Shown: in pieces, positions 1-10,875 of the stretch
Position numbering within the stretch: the stretch's first letter is position 1
Layout: the number at the start of each line of letters is the position of its first letter
From: a virus
Taxonomy: Duplodnaviria > Caudoviricetes
Length of the DNA stretch: 64,000 bases
Strand: one strand, 5' to 3'
Virus record (IMG/VR): IMGVR_UViG_3300017492_000028
Location: 8,983-72,982 of that record
Translations under genes and position numbers: made by a program
The notes under the pieces: generated by a model
Seen by the model: only the letters and a program-made list of their open reading frames with translations
Told to the model about the DNA's origin: nothing
The model's database searches: none

Positions 1-817
1 GATTATCAAAGTTTTTAATACTTTCGTCTTTAGTTTCTTCACTTATAGATTGCTCATCCCCCGATAAAGTATCATCATCCTCAATTTCTTCATTATATTC
101 CTCTTCTCGTTTATCCTCCTCAGATTTTTCTTTTTCTATAGCGCGAAGTTCTTTAGTCATAAACACCGTATCAAATAAATCTTGTGATACAGTTTTATCA
201 TGGTCATCGCTAAGTCTTACACCACTAAATGCTTCTTTAAATAAAGCATAAAGGTTTTTATCTTGATAAGTAGCATTTTCAGAATCAAATATTTCATCTA
301 TTACATTAAAATCTTTTTTGGCCCATATAGCATTTATTTCTTCCAATGACTTACCTGTTATATCAATAGCTCTACGCTTAATTGCTTTTCTTAAATTTAC
401 TTTAGCCATTCCAATATAATGGTCTCTAGCATCACTTTTAGGAACACTGCCATTTAGTTTGTCATTAAGATAATTGGTAGCAATAGTATAGCGTAAAAAC
501 TCTATACCGTCTTGACGTCCTTTGTCAGTAACATAACCTTGTATTTTTCCGGTATATTGATTTTTAACAGTTGCACGAGCATTAGGAACTTTATAATAAT
601 AATACTCTCTAATATCGCTAGCCATTTGACGACTATTAGGGGTATTAAAATTAGGCTCCTTATTATACTTTGCTTTATACCAATCTTTAAACCCTTGCAA
701 CGGAGTTCCGTTACTAGCCATAGCCTCACAAATGTAATTACTTAGGGTTGTTTCATTACATGTTTTTGCAAGTGAGAGAAAGGCTTTAGTACTTTTTTGT
801 TCTAAACTACAATACAT
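1..817 (-). CDS. 5' end of a gene running off the window, probably the giant virion-packaged RNA polymerase/cargo protein (not in the ORF track)
   Basis: Hand translation from ATG at 817 (MYCSLEQKSTKAFLSLAKTC...EEEYNEEIEDDDTLSGDEQS...) is open to position 1. It follows the large cargo genes, where crAss-like phages encode the giant RNAP. No catalytic motif lies inside the window, so the product call rests on synteny. Confidence 0.6.
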   Translation of the reverse strand, partial: MYCSLEQKSTKAFLSLAKTCNETTLSNYICEAMASNGTPLQGFKDWYKAKYNKEPNFNTPNSRQMASDIREYYYYKVPNARATVKNQYTGKIQGYVTDKGRQDGIEFLRYTIATNYLNDKLNGSVPKSDARDHYIGMAKVNLRKAIKRRAIDITGKSLEEINAIWAKKDFNVIDEIFDSENATYQDKNLYALFKEAFSGVRLSDDHDKTVSQDLFDTVFMTKELRAIEKEKSEEDKREEEYNEEIEDDDTLSGDEQSISEETKDESIKNFDN

Positions 818-839
818 AATATTATTTATTAAATTAATA

Positions 840-866
840 GCAGGAGCAATTTGAATTACCCCTGCC
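840..866 (-). terminator. Possible terminator/attenuator hairpin between the 2278-aa gene and the next gene
   Basis: Minus strand GCAGGGGTAATT-CA-AATTGCTCCTGC (stem with G.U pairs) followed by TATTAATTT. Confidence 0.35.
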
Positions 867-871
867 GTATA

Positions 872-3800
872 TTATTTACATTTAATGCTTATATTTCCAC
901 TATCTATTAAATCTATCATTTGCTCTTTAGATGAATTTGGAAGACTGTCAATATATGCTCCAATGCTAGGATGTTCACCTATTCTAGAACCTAATATATC
1001 ATCATCATCATCACTGGCAAAAATATCATCTTCGTATTCAATGCCCTCTGTTTTTTCTGTTTGTGTTTCAGTTGTATCTTCTGTGTCAGTTGTGTCTTCT
1101 GTTTGTGAAAACAAATCATTTGTTTTAATTAAATCTCCAAGAGCAATAAATTCTTTTTCTCTAAGACTATTCTTTTTAATATCCCAACCAAATACATCAG
1201 ATATAATTTCAAGTATTTTTTGAAATAGTGTTTTGGACGTTGCTTTGTTATCTACAACTGCTGAAGTTTCATTAAGTAATTGAACAAGATTTGAATTAGT
1301 CAAACTTTCAACTAAAAACTCCTCAATTCCGTATTTAGTAAATTCTTTAGCTATACTATTGCCTTTCCACTTACCACTATCAACTTCTTTTTTAAAGTCA
1401 TCAAATACCTCATTTACTTTATTAAGTATTTTATCCTTTTTACCACTATCATGTAGAATCTTATGTAGTTGCTCATGAATAAGCTTGCGTACTGCTTCAT
1501 TTCTTCTACGGGGGGTTAGACATAAGCCAATCCACTTATTACTTACATATATATTGCCTGTTTTCTCATCATAAGCAGCATACGCATCTTTAAGTTTTTT
1601 ATCTATATTACCTATATTTTCTACAAATATAATATTTTTTGGTAACAATCCAAATCCCTGTATAGGCAATATTAAATTTTTAACTTTTTTAATCTCATCC
1701 TTGCCTAGAAGAATATTAGCAAGTGCTACACCTTTATCAGTATTATCACTTTGTAATATATTCCTAACATCAGATTCAATTTTATCAGATTCCAAATTGA
1801 TTTCTGATTGGCTTTCTGTAGAATTTTCATTTTCACTTTCTTCAGCAAATTCTTCTTTAGGGGTTATTTTTACATAAAATGACTGATTAGCTATTTGTTC
1901 TTCATTGTCAAATGAATAAAAGTTAGTTTCGTCCCCATTATAATTTTTGCTCTTAGCAACATTTACTCTAATAAGATTATTATCTAGAATAAAACTTTTA
2001 TAGGATATAATATTATGTACATGAGGATTGGCTTTATCTTTTGAATTAGGTATTTCTATTCTAAAACTACCATCTGGATTAGCTTTAAAGAAACCATTAA
2101 GTTCTCTTTTTTTATTACTTTCATAATCTAATGCTCCATAATTAAGCTCATAAGTAGAAACTGCAAATGCTTCTTTAAAAAACTCTTTCAGTTGTTTCTT
2201 TATGTCATCAGCTTGGTCTTTGCTAACTTTACTAAGATTAACAGCTCTATTGTCATTAGGAAGTTTTACAGCATAACTAGGAGCAATTCCTGTAGTTTTA
2301 AATATTCTAACATATTTTTTATTTGGAAGAGATATTAAAACGCCTATATCAACACCATTATTATTAGTAATGTGATGAATTAGTGGACCACCAAATATAT
2401 GACGATTGTTATTCTTTACTTTACCATTTCTCCAAAGATTGTCAATAAAATCTATTAAATTAGTTCCACTTCCGTCTTCTTGATTGAAATAATCATCAAC
2501 CAAGTTTTGAAGTTCTTCAAATAATTCTTTAGATATTTGTTTAGCCTCTTTACCAACACAACTATCTTTAGTTAAAACAGAAAAAGCAGAAGTAAGTCGT
2601 GTTTCACCATTTCCATTAGTTAATGCAATCATTGTAGTACCAGGCTTTATCTGACTAGTATCTGATAAATAAAGTTTACTACCATTGCTTAGTTGCATAG
2701 AATATCTATCAATGTTACCGTTTTCATCAACGCTCATTGGTTTATAAGCAATCTCAAATGACTGTTGATTGTCAATAGTAAGGGATTCAGCTATAGGAGT
2801 TGCTTTACTTCTTACTTCGGCAATATTTGTTCCATTATAACGAACATTCTCTCTTATTCTAGGACTATTAATTCTAGATATAGTAAAGTCAAAATGACTA
2901 ACTGATTTGCCAACATTATAAATGGTATTATAACTTGTTTTTAATTTATCAAACCAATTATCAAGACTATTACTTATAGCAAGATTAATTCTTTCACGAG
3001 AAACTGTTGCAGAAGTACCAACATATCTCCATAATTTAACAACTGAATTAACAATAATACTTGGGTCTATACTGTCATCAATTAATTCATCACTTATAGC
3101 TTTTTTAATAGCATTGGTATTCATGAAATGCTTTAAATCAGCTTTACTTATTTCTTTCTTATTACATAGTTCAAATATAAGCTGATTAATTTTTTTCGCA
3201 TCATCTGTTTCTTCAGAAAGCCAACTATTGAATCTATCTTTAAGAGGTGATTCTCCAGTGTTGCAATTTATTTCATAATTCCAACCCTCATTTCTAACGA
3301 AATAAGTATCTGGTTTACTTACTTTAGGAATAGACATATAAGCAATTACTTGCCCATTTACCTCAAGTGCAATTTGATTACCTATTTTTCGAGTAGATAA
3401 TTTATCTCCAACTTTCAAATGTTCAAGAACATTATAAAGATTATTAAGACGTTCTGTATCTAGACTTCTTTGAAATGCAGAAATTACAGTGTTAACACCA
3501 ATTCGATGCTCTTCTATAAAACCAAGTTTATCTACATTAGCTGTAGGTATATCTTTTTTAGCTCTAGCAAGTATTGCATCTTGTGAATCAAATTTGTCCA
3601 TAACTATATATTCATAATTAGGATTTTTAGATTGTTCCTCAAGATACGACTTAATAACTGAATACATTGCATCAGCCGTAGTATCATTATTGCTTACTTC
3701 ATTACACCACCTAAGCAAGTTTTCTAGACTAATAATCTTCTTTGTTATACCGTCAGAATTGGTAAACACATAAGAATTAGTAGCAGCAATATATTTAGTA

Positions 3801-6800
3801 AGCATATCACTAGCTGCACTATTTAATAAATCCAAAGCAGCAGTAACATCCTCAGCATTAGTTGCTTCTTCTAACAACCTACTAGCCATAAGAACATCAC
3901 CAACAGAAAATTTAGCTTTCAGAGCAGGTTCAAGACCTTTAATCAAAGCCTCTACTGCTTCTTGGTCTGGGTCATCTTTAAATTCTTCTTTTAAAGCGGT
4001 AATAACATCATCATAATTACCTTGACCATTAAAATTCTTAATAATGGTAACTGCTCTGTTATTACGATTGACAATTTCATCTCCCTCTGACATACCCCCC
4101 GTAGAAGAATTGCTGGTTGTTCCATTACTAGGAGTTGGTGATGTTGGCTTATCATTTGCAACTTCAGTTTTCTTTTGATTCGCAAGTTGTTCTAAAGGAG
4201 TAGGAGCCGGAGTTGAAGTTTCTGTGGCAGGTATTTCTTCTACGGGGGTGCTATTATTAGCATTTACAATCTTACCTTTTTCCCAATTAATAGTTACATT
4301 ACCAAATTTGTCAGTATATGTTATTTGCTTTGGCTTAACTATAACTTTAAGTTGGGCATTATCATCTAGCAGATTAACATCTCTATCTAAATCAAATAAT
4401 TCTGAATATTTGTATTCATCCTCTGTAGCTTCATAGGTTCTAACATAAGTAGTACCATTTGAATCGGTATTACCATGCGCTTCAGAAAAATTACCTTTAA
4501 GTTCAACAGTAGAGCCGTCATCAAGCTTGAATAACAAGCCCTGTTTTGAGGATTGGTTATTTGTTGTGTCTTGTTTTTGCCTTGTTGCTTGCTCCGTGTT
4601 CGATTGTGGTACTGTCTGTGATGAATTGGTAGGCTGTGGGTTTTGAGTTGTTTGTGATGAATTTGAATTTGTGGAATTTAATTCTTTTTCATCTTCACTA
4701 TCAACTCGTTCAGTAGTTTCTTCTGTAGCTTTAGCTTGTTTATTATTAGCCTTTTCTCTGGCAGCAAACATTACCTGAAGACTACGATATAAGGGTGTGT
4801 TAGCCTTGTTTGCAAAATTAAATATTTCAATTGCTTCTTTAAACTGCTTACGTTCTTCTTCATTCATGTCTGAAGATGCAATATTGAAATCATTTTCATT
4901 ACCGTCATATAATGCGGCAATAGAACCCTCAACTACATCTCTGCCATACTTATCAAACAGATTTTCAATAGTAACAGAAGCGTCTTTTAAAGCATTAATT
5001 CGTGCTTCATTTAATGTGTTATTTACTCGTGTAAGATAATTCTGTAATTGATCTTTAGTTTGAACAAGATTAGAAGCAAGAAGTTTATTTTGATATTGTA
5101 ATTGAATGTAAGCTCTATAATTATCGGCTGCATCCGGTGCTACTTGATTAATACCTTGCTTACCACGTATTGCTTCACGTGTTTCGGCTTGTATTTTCTT
5201 ATATTCTTGCTGAAATGCAAGTCTATCTACGGTACTAGCAGAATTTATTGTAGATTTATAATCACTATCAAATAACTTATATAAACTTTTAAAATCTTGT
5301 TTTTCTGAAGCATCAGTAATAGCTTTATCCATTTCAGTAACATCTTCTAATGCAGTTTCAGTTCCAAGTAACTTGAGATTATCACTCACGTTACTCATAG
5401 TATAAAGCATTTTAGATATACTAAATTCTTCTTCAGAAGCAACTAAAGAACGCTTTACTGATTTGATTTGAGTATCAATATTTTGCAGTGCAATACGCTT
5501 AGCAAGAGTATCACCGTTTTTAATACTCTCACGCAGTTTTGCACGTTCTACATAAAGGTCTTGAAGTATGGCAGTATAAGTAGTTAGCTCAAGTGCACTT
5601 CGGTAATTAAGTTCAGGATTTAATACAGGTGCGTCAGGATTAGATTTTCTGCCAATTTCATCTTCATAAGCACTAAGATACTTTTGAGCATTTTTATTAT
5701 TTTCTTCTATCTGAAGTTCACGATAAACATTGTCTGTAGCAGCCATTTGAATTGCTTCAATAGCTATGTATTTACCTTTATCTTCGCTATCAATATTGGC
5801 AGCTTGTCTATCAAGATTAATTATATTTCTATTATATCTATCTTGTATATCTTTAATGTCTTTTTTCATCTGCATTTGCCATTCGTCAGCATCTTTTTGA
5901 TTAATAATCCCTTTATCAATCATAGCCTTTTTAACATTATCAGATTCAACAAAGCCATCAAGCAAATCCACAGTGCCGTCATTAATACTTCTAAGAACAA
6001 TATCTGCTTTAGTTCTATTTCGAATGTCATCTATTTGTTGCTCCTTTTCAAAATCACTAAATTTATCATTATCCTTTACTTGCTGAATTGCATCTTCAGC
6101 CATATTCATTTTAATTTGTGCATCCCAAATAGAAGCAACTTTACGTTTAACTTCTGGTAGTTGAGTTAAACCTTTCCAACTTGTTTCAGCTTTTTGCTCA
6201 CCTGTTTTTTCATTATCTTTATTTTTATTTTCTTTTTCAGCTGCCGCATCCTCTAAAGTAAGTTGCACACGCTTAAATCCACTACCTACTTTTTGAAATA
6301 CAACTCCACCCAATGCACCCCAAAAAGCACTTTCCCATAATTGAGGCGCATTAAGATAACTTATCATACGAGTATCAAACGAAGAATAATCATCTTTACC
6401 AAGAAGCTGTTTGCCTAAGTGCATACCCTCTTCTTGGGCAACATAGTTAATTGCTTCCTCAGCACCTTCACTAAGCTGACTTCCAACAGTAAATGCTTCA
6501 CCAGGAACAAAATCACTTATAAAATCTGCTGTTTTTTGACCAAAACTACGGGCTTTTTCTAATTGCCTAACTTGTTCTGTAATAGTTTTCTCGTCAACAC
6601 CTTTAAGCTGGTCAGCATATCTTGCTCTTTGACGAGCTGCTTTACGAATAGAATATGATGAGTTTTTACCCAGCATACCTTTGCCAAATGAATTTCTAAG
6701 TCCATATAATTCAACAATATCAAATCCTATGTTACTCATATCTATAGCAAAAGTCCTATCAGCTGCTTCTTTAGCAAGTCGTTTAGCTACAGCATCTTTA

Positions 6801-7708
6801 TTTGACGTGTCTATACCTTGAAGTATATCTGCATTACGCTCTACTAAACGCGCGTATTCTTCATCAGACATTTGAGCTATTACATCTATATTATCATTAT
6901 ATTGGTCTTTCCAAACTTGACTTGATTCTTGATAATTTTCCATTATACGAGAACTAGCTGCGGTAAGACCATTTTCAATAAACCTGTTAACAGTATTAAT
7001 TGTACCAGGTTTATTAATTGCTATATCAATGCCTTTACCTATATTTCCTTGTTGAGCTAATGCCTTACCCATAGTTGATACGGCTTTGCGAGTATAACTA
7101 TTAAGTTTAGTAGCTTTACCTAGCCAACTAAGCCCTTTAACAAAACCTGTACTAGGAAGAAGAAGTGTAAGACTACTAGCAATACTAGGAATATTTTTAG
7201 CCCACCAACCAACATCAGTAAGACCACCATTAGATATATCTAAATCCGGGTCTGCATATATTGGAGCAATTTCATTATCAAACTTATCTTGTAATGACTG
7301 TATATATTGTGATACAGGATTTGAATAATCATTATCATTTCTAAATGCAGCACCTGTAAGATAATCTGTCATATCTGATATACCTCTAAACGTTCCAAGT
7401 CCTACTTCAGATACAAGTGTTTGTGCTAAAGCATTTCCTATTTTAGCCCAATCAGATTGAGCATTAGATAATTCTTTAGCAGGATTAAGCCCAGGTCTAA
7501 CAGTTATATTATATGGATTATATTTTTCTGTATCACGAACAGTAAAATTATTATTGGCATTTCTATAAAACAAGTCAGCCACAGGATTATATTCTCTATC
7601 ATCCTGTGTCTGAATGTATGGTGCTTGTCTATTTCTTTTAGCTTTTGGATTGTATGCTGGATTAGGAATTAGATAGCTACCTCTATTGAACAGCTCTTCG
7701 ACATTCAT
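872..7708 (-). CDS. Giant virion cargo (ejection) protein with C-terminal zincin-like metalloprotease motif
   Basis: 2278 aa. HEQLH (HExxH, 1463-1477) followed by EEFLVE (1307-1324). EGAEEA motif, hydrophobic Gly-rich segments, coiled coils and S/T/N/Q linkers. Lies in the crAss cargo locus. Confidence 0.7.
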   Translation of the reverse strand: MNVEELFNRGSYLIPNPAYNPKAKRNRQAPYIQTQDDREYNPVADLFYRNANNNFTVRDTEKYNPYNITVRPGLNPAKELSNAQSDWAKIGNALAQTLVSEVGLGTFRGISDMTDYLTGAAFRNDNDYSNPVSQYIQSLQDKFDNEIAPIYADPDLDISNGGLTDVGWWAKNIPSIASSLTLLLPSTGFVKGLSWLGKATKLNSYTRKAVSTMGKALAQQGNIGKGIDIAINKPGTINTVNRFIENGLTAASSRIMENYQESSQVWKDQYNDNIDVIAQMSDEEYARLVERNADILQGIDTSNKDAVAKRLAKEAADRTFAIDMSNIGFDIVELYGLRNSFGKGMLGKNSSYSIRKAARQRARYADQLKGVDEKTITEQVRQLEKARSFGQKTADFISDFVPGEAFTVGSQLSEGAEEAINYVAQEEGMHLGKQLLGKDDYSSFDTRMISYLNAPQLWESAFWGALGGVVFQKVGSGFKRVQLTLEDAAAEKENKNKDNEKTGEQKAETSWKGLTQLPEVKRKVASIWDAQIKMNMAEDAIQQVKDNDKFSDFEKEQQIDDIRNRTKADIVLRSINDGTVDLLDGFVESDNVKKAMIDKGIINQKDADEWQMQMKKDIKDIQDRYNRNIINLDRQAANIDSEDKGKYIAIEAIQMAATDNVYRELQIEENNKNAQKYLSAYEDEIGRKSNPDAPVLNPELNYRSALELTTYTAILQDLYVERAKLRESIKNGDTLAKRIALQNIDTQIKSVKRSLVASEEEFSISKMLYTMSNVSDNLKLLGTETALEDVTEMDKAITDASEKQDFKSLYKLFDSDYKSTINSASTVDRLAFQQEYKKIQAETREAIRGKQGINQVAPDAADNYRAYIQLQYQNKLLASNLVQTKDQLQNYLTRVNNTLNEARINALKDASVTIENLFDKYGRDVVEGSIAALYDGNENDFNIASSDMNEEERKQFKEAIEIFNFANKANTPLYRSLQVMFAAREKANNKQAKATEETTERVDSEDEKELNSTNSNSSQTTQNPQPTNSSQTVPQSNTEQATRQKQDTTNNQSSKQGLLFKLDDGSTVELKGNFSEAHGNTDSNGTTYVRTYEATEDEYKYSELFDLDRDVNLLDDNAQLKVIVKPKQITYTDKFGNVTINWEKGKIVNANNSTPVEEIPATETSTPAPTPLEQLANQKKTEVANDKPTSPTPSNGTTSNSSTGGMSEGDEIVNRNNRAVTIIKNFNGQGNYDDVITALKEEFKDDPDQEAVEALIKGLEPALKAKFSVGDVLMASRLLEEATNAEDVTAALDLLNSAASDMLTKYIAATNSYVFTNSDGITKKIISLENLLRWCNEVSNNDTTADAMYSVIKSYLEEQSKNPNYEYIVMDKFDSQDAILARAKKDIPTANVDKLGFIEEHRIGVNTVISAFQRSLDTERLNNLYNVLEHLKVGDKLSTRKIGNQIALEVNGQVIAYMSIPKVSKPDTYFVRNEGWNYEINCNTGESPLKDRFNSWLSEETDDAKKINQLIFELCNKKEISKADLKHFMNTNAIKKAISDELIDDSIDPSIIVNSVVKLWRYVGTSATVSRERINLAISNSLDNWFDKLKTSYNTIYNVGKSVSHFDFTISRINSPRIRENVRYNGTNIAEVRSKATPIAESLTIDNQQSFEIAYKPMSVDENGNIDRYSMQLSNGSKLYLSDTSQIKPGTTMIALTNGNGETRLTSAFSVLTKDSCVGKEAKQISKELFEELQNLVDDYFNQEDGSGTNLIDFIDNLWRNGKVKNNNRHIFGGPLIHHITNNNGVDIGVLISLPNKKYVRIFKTTGIAPSYAVKLPNDNRAVNLSKVSKDQADDIKKQLKEFFKEAFAVSTYELNYGALDYESNKKRELNGFFKANPDGSFRIEIPNSKDKANPHVHNIISYKSFILDNNLIRVNVAKSKNYNGDETNFYSFDNEEQIANQSFYVKITPKEEFAEESENENSTESQSEINLESDKIESDVRNILQSDNTDKGVALANILLGKDEIKKVKNLILPIQGFGLLPKNIIFVENIGNIDKKLKDAYAAYDEKTGNIYVSNKWIGLCLTPRRRNEAVRKLIHEQLHKILHDSGKKDKILNKVNEVFDDFKKEVDSGKWKGNSIAKEFTKYGIEEFLVESLTNSNLVQLLNETSAVVDNKATSKTLFQKILEIISDVFGWDIKKNSLREKEFIALGDLIKTNDLFSQTEDTTDTEDTTETQTEKTEGIEYEDDIFASDDDDDILGSRIGEHPSIGAYIDSLPNSSKEQMIDLIDSGNISIKCK

Positions 7709-7711
7709 AAA

Positions 7712-9637
7712 TTATAAATTTAATTGTTCTAGTATTCTTTGATATATTTCAAGTTTCTTATGTGTAAGCTCATCATAATCATTTCTTTCTTGATCGGTAG
7801 CATCAACTTTTTGCTTTTGTATTTCAGCTGCACGAAGTTTAGAATAAACAGAAGAATACTCTGGATATAATTCCATAACTGCTGCATCAGCTATATTTTC
7901 AATTTGAGCATTTATTTGTTCCATATTAACTTTACCACGAATACCGTCTGGACCAAATACTGATTTATTTGCTGCTTCAGCTGCATTTTGAATAATAAAA
8001 TCTTCATTAAGAAGTTTAAGAGCTTCTTCTCTATTTGGAAGTGGAACAATTCTACCAGTTTTGTTATTCTGATAAGCAAGAGCTATATCACCATTTGGTA
8101 ACTGTTGTGTAACGATTTTATTACCATTACTTAAATCATAATCATAATTATATGCCTCCATATTAGCAAGCTCTTTTTGTGCTTGGGTTTTTGTACTCAT
8201 TTCAAAGGCTTGTTGAGCTTCATCAGTCCAAAGACTAGGTATAAACAACATTACTGCATCTTCTTTTCCGTCACTAATATGCTTACCATTCATACCTGTA
8301 CGCTGGTCTTTATAAATCTTAATATAAGCACCACTTTTATCTCCAGACATACCAAGAAAACAATCAATGTTTTTTCCAAATGTTGACATATCATCTGTTT
8401 CACGTAATACAGAATCTTTTAAACGATTCAGCTCATGAAGTTTATCAGCATCTGTAATACGAGTTAATACTTGTTTGCCTGTATCATCATATTCAGCAGC
8501 CCATATTTCTTGGTTCTCAAGATTAATTCCACGTAATGCGCGTTTACGCATAGATGTATCTTTTTCAACACCTGTATCATCGCCTCGTAAATAACATTGC
8601 GCAGCATAAGCACTTGCAAACGGAATAAATGTACCACCAACAGTTATTTGAGTATCGTCATTAGGCGTTGTATATTTATTATAAACTTTTTTAGCTTCAT
8701 CTACCGTTTTATAGGCATTAAGAAATTCATCTTTTGTTCTGTCAGGAGTCATATACTGACTAAATGTTACAGTAGAAGTCATCATTTCACCTTTACTTAC
8801 ACGATTATCGTTTTCGTCTGTGCCATATAAGTTATAATGAACTCCTCTATCTTCAGCTTTCTTTAATGCTTGATAAACTTTATATACATTAGGGTTAGTT
8901 TTATCAAAATAAAGTTTAGTTTCACCATCAACTTTCTCAATTTTTACACCCATTTTTTGAAGTTCTTTCCAGCCATAGCCTGTAACAGTTTTAAATTGGT
9001 TATAATTAGATAAAGATTTAGTTTTATCATTTTGACCTGTAATATTATTCCAAATGCCTTCAGCTATACCTTTAATTGCTCCTACTGCTCCACCAATAAC
9101 TCCGCCAATAAGTGCTCCAGTACCTGTGCCTAATGCTGTACCAGCAGGTCCAACAGCTGTACCTACTGCACCTCCACCTATTGCTCCTATACCAGAACCA
9201 GCAGCAGCTCCCCAGCCTATATTATCCTTAATTCCTTGACCAATATTTGAAAGTTGTTCACCAAGACTTAACCCGTCAAAAGTAACAACAAATCCTGTAG
9301 CATCTTTACCTCCAGCTTTATTTATATTGTTAACAAACTGCTGTGTATAAATATTATTATTTGCATTTGGCAATAAAGGATTTGAATCAGTCATAGCACT
9401 GTAAAATGCAATAGCCTGCCGTTCATTAACATTAGCTCTAGACATTATCGCATCCCATTTACGCCCTGTAGATTGAAGTTCTTTAATCTTATTATTTAAG
9501 GCAGCTTGTGTATAATAGTCATCTGCATAAAAACCTTTTAAAGTATTGGCTAAACCAAAATAATCATGATTTTGTTTATATGTATTAAACATATAAAAAT
9601 CATTATTATTAAGTGTATTTATATTTCTTAAATCCAT
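7712..9637 (-). CDS. Virion cargo protein with glycine-zipper membrane segment
   Basis: 641 aa; GWGAAAGSGIGAIGGGAVGTAVGPAGTALGTGTGALIGGVIGGAVGAIKG; position in the cargo locus. Confidence 0.6.
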   Translation of the reverse strand: MDLRNINTLNNNDFYMFNTYKQNHDYFGLANTLKGFYADDYYTQAALNNKIKELQSTGRKWDAIMSRANVNERQAIAFYSAMTDSNPLLPNANNNIYTQQFVNNINKAGGKDATGFVVTFDGLSLGEQLSNIGQGIKDNIGWGAAAGSGIGAIGGGAVGTAVGPAGTALGTGTGALIGGVIGGAVGAIKGIAEGIWNNITGQNDKTKSLSNYNQFKTVTGYGWKELQKMGVKIEKVDGETKLYFDKTNPNVYKVYQALKKAEDRGVHYNLYGTDENDNRVSKGEMMTSTVTFSQYMTPDRTKDEFLNAYKTVDEAKKVYNKYTTPNDDTQITVGGTFIPFASAYAAQCYLRGDDTGVEKDTSMRKRALRGINLENQEIWAAEYDDTGKQVLTRITDADKLHELNRLKDSVLRETDDMSTFGKNIDCFLGMSGDKSGAYIKIYKDQRTGMNGKHISDGKEDAVMLFIPSLWTDEAQQAFEMSTKTQAQKELANMEAYNYDYDLSNGNKIVTQQLPNGDIALAYQNNKTGRIVPLPNREEALKLLNEDFIIQNAAEAANKSVFGPDGIRGKVNMEQINAQIENIADAAVMELYPEYSSVYSKLRAAEIQKQKVDATDQERNDYDELTHKKLEIYQRILEQLNL

Positions 9638-9659
9638 AGTATCTTATTTTAAATGATTA

Positions 9660-10859
9660 TTACCTATATAACACACGATTAATATTTAGCAAATTATTAC
9701 TACCACTAATCAAAGGTCTCATATTAAAGGATTGTTCATAGTCTGTACTACCTAAATTTGCAAATCGAGCAGGCATTGTAGCACTTGTTATTTGACGACC
9801 ATTAATTCCCTGTAATGCCATACCAAGTGCACCGCTAACATTATTATATCCTCCATAATTATCAGGAGCATCACTTGTTATAGTATGAGTATTAGTGCTA
9901 TCTTGTCTATAAGTATAAGCAAAATTATTTATAACTGTTTCATATCTATTATAAAAAGAATCAAATGCTCCTTTAGAAACAATACCGTTTCTATCACTAA
10001 TAGCCTGTTTATATCTGTTTGCCTTTATTTGCAAATCTTCTCTATCACTATCACTCAAACCAGGATTATTCAGTTTTGCCTCAACATTATTATAAAGAGT
10101 TTTATACTTTTTATAAGTCCATTCTACCCAATTAGCAAGTTCGGGATTTTGCTCAACATAATTTTTAAGTTGTTCCTTAATTCGTTCCTTACTAAGTTCT
10201 TGAATATTATGTGTGTATGTTCCACCTTTGTCACTACTTGAACCATCACTCTTTGTATGTGCAGTTCTACTACCAGTAGTTTTATCATTTTTATATGGGG
10301 CAATTAATGAAATAGCTTTATGTATTTCGTCTATTTCATTAATTGCTTTTGGAATATAATCAGCTTCCCATTTACTTCCACCAATTATAATACCTTGTGA
10401 ATCAGTTTTATCTTGATACTTATAAGGATTTAATAAATTCCATGCTTCAATATCTTCAGAATTTAAATCATTTCTGGATTTAAGTTCTTTAAGTTGTTGT
10501 TCTCTATCAGCATGTGCTTTTGCTCTGCCAAGTAATTCTGGAGAACTAACTGCTGTACCAGCAAGCATTGTTGCTGTAGTTAAAGCTGTACTATAATCCC
10601 CGTATTTAGCTTGTTCATTTATTTGGTCTCTAATATTTTGAGCATAATTGGCTTTCCATTCATCCTCACTGCTATCAAGTTCAATTTGACTAAGTGCAAG
10701 GTCTATTGCACTCATTTTTTCAACAGCTTTTTGATGACGTTCATCTATTTTATTAATAGAATTAGCCCATTGGTCAAGATACCAATTATGTTTAAGTGGT
10801 CCAGCAACATCCCCACCAAAACCAATATCTATACTGTTTGCATTATATTGTTGTGCCAT
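9660..10859 (-). CDS. Putative virion cargo protein
   Basis: 399 aa, helical, between the muzzle and the large cargo genes. Confidence 0.5.
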   Translation of the reverse strand: MAQQYNANSIDIGFGGDVAGPLKHNWYLDQWANSINKIDERHQKAVEKMSAIDLALSQIELDSSEDEWKANYAQNIRDQINEQAKYGDYSTALTTATMLAGTAVSSPELLGRAKAHADREQQLKELKSRNDLNSEDIEAWNLLNPYKYQDKTDSQGIIIGGSKWEADYIPKAINEIDEIHKAISLIAPYKNDKTTGSRTAHTKSDGSSSDKGGTYTHNIQELSKERIKEQLKNYVEQNPELANWVEWTYKKYKTLYNNVEAKLNNPGLSDSDREDLQIKANRYKQAISDRNGIVSKGAFDSFYNRYETVINNFAYTYRQDSTNTHTITSDAPDNYGGYNNVSGALGMALQGINGRQITSATMPARFANLGSTDYEQSFNMRPLISGSNNLLNINRVLYR

Positions 10860-10875
10860 ATTTATAATATGTTAT

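Noticed and set aside
502-745. ORFs 502-729 (-) and 512-745 (+)
   Set aside because: Both lie inside the longer open frame 817 to <1, which the track missed because it has no stop in the window.
872-7708. Calling the 2278-aa protein the RNA polymerase itself
   Set aside because: No DxDxD catalytic motif of the crAss type (DFDID) is visible; the next gene is the better candidate.
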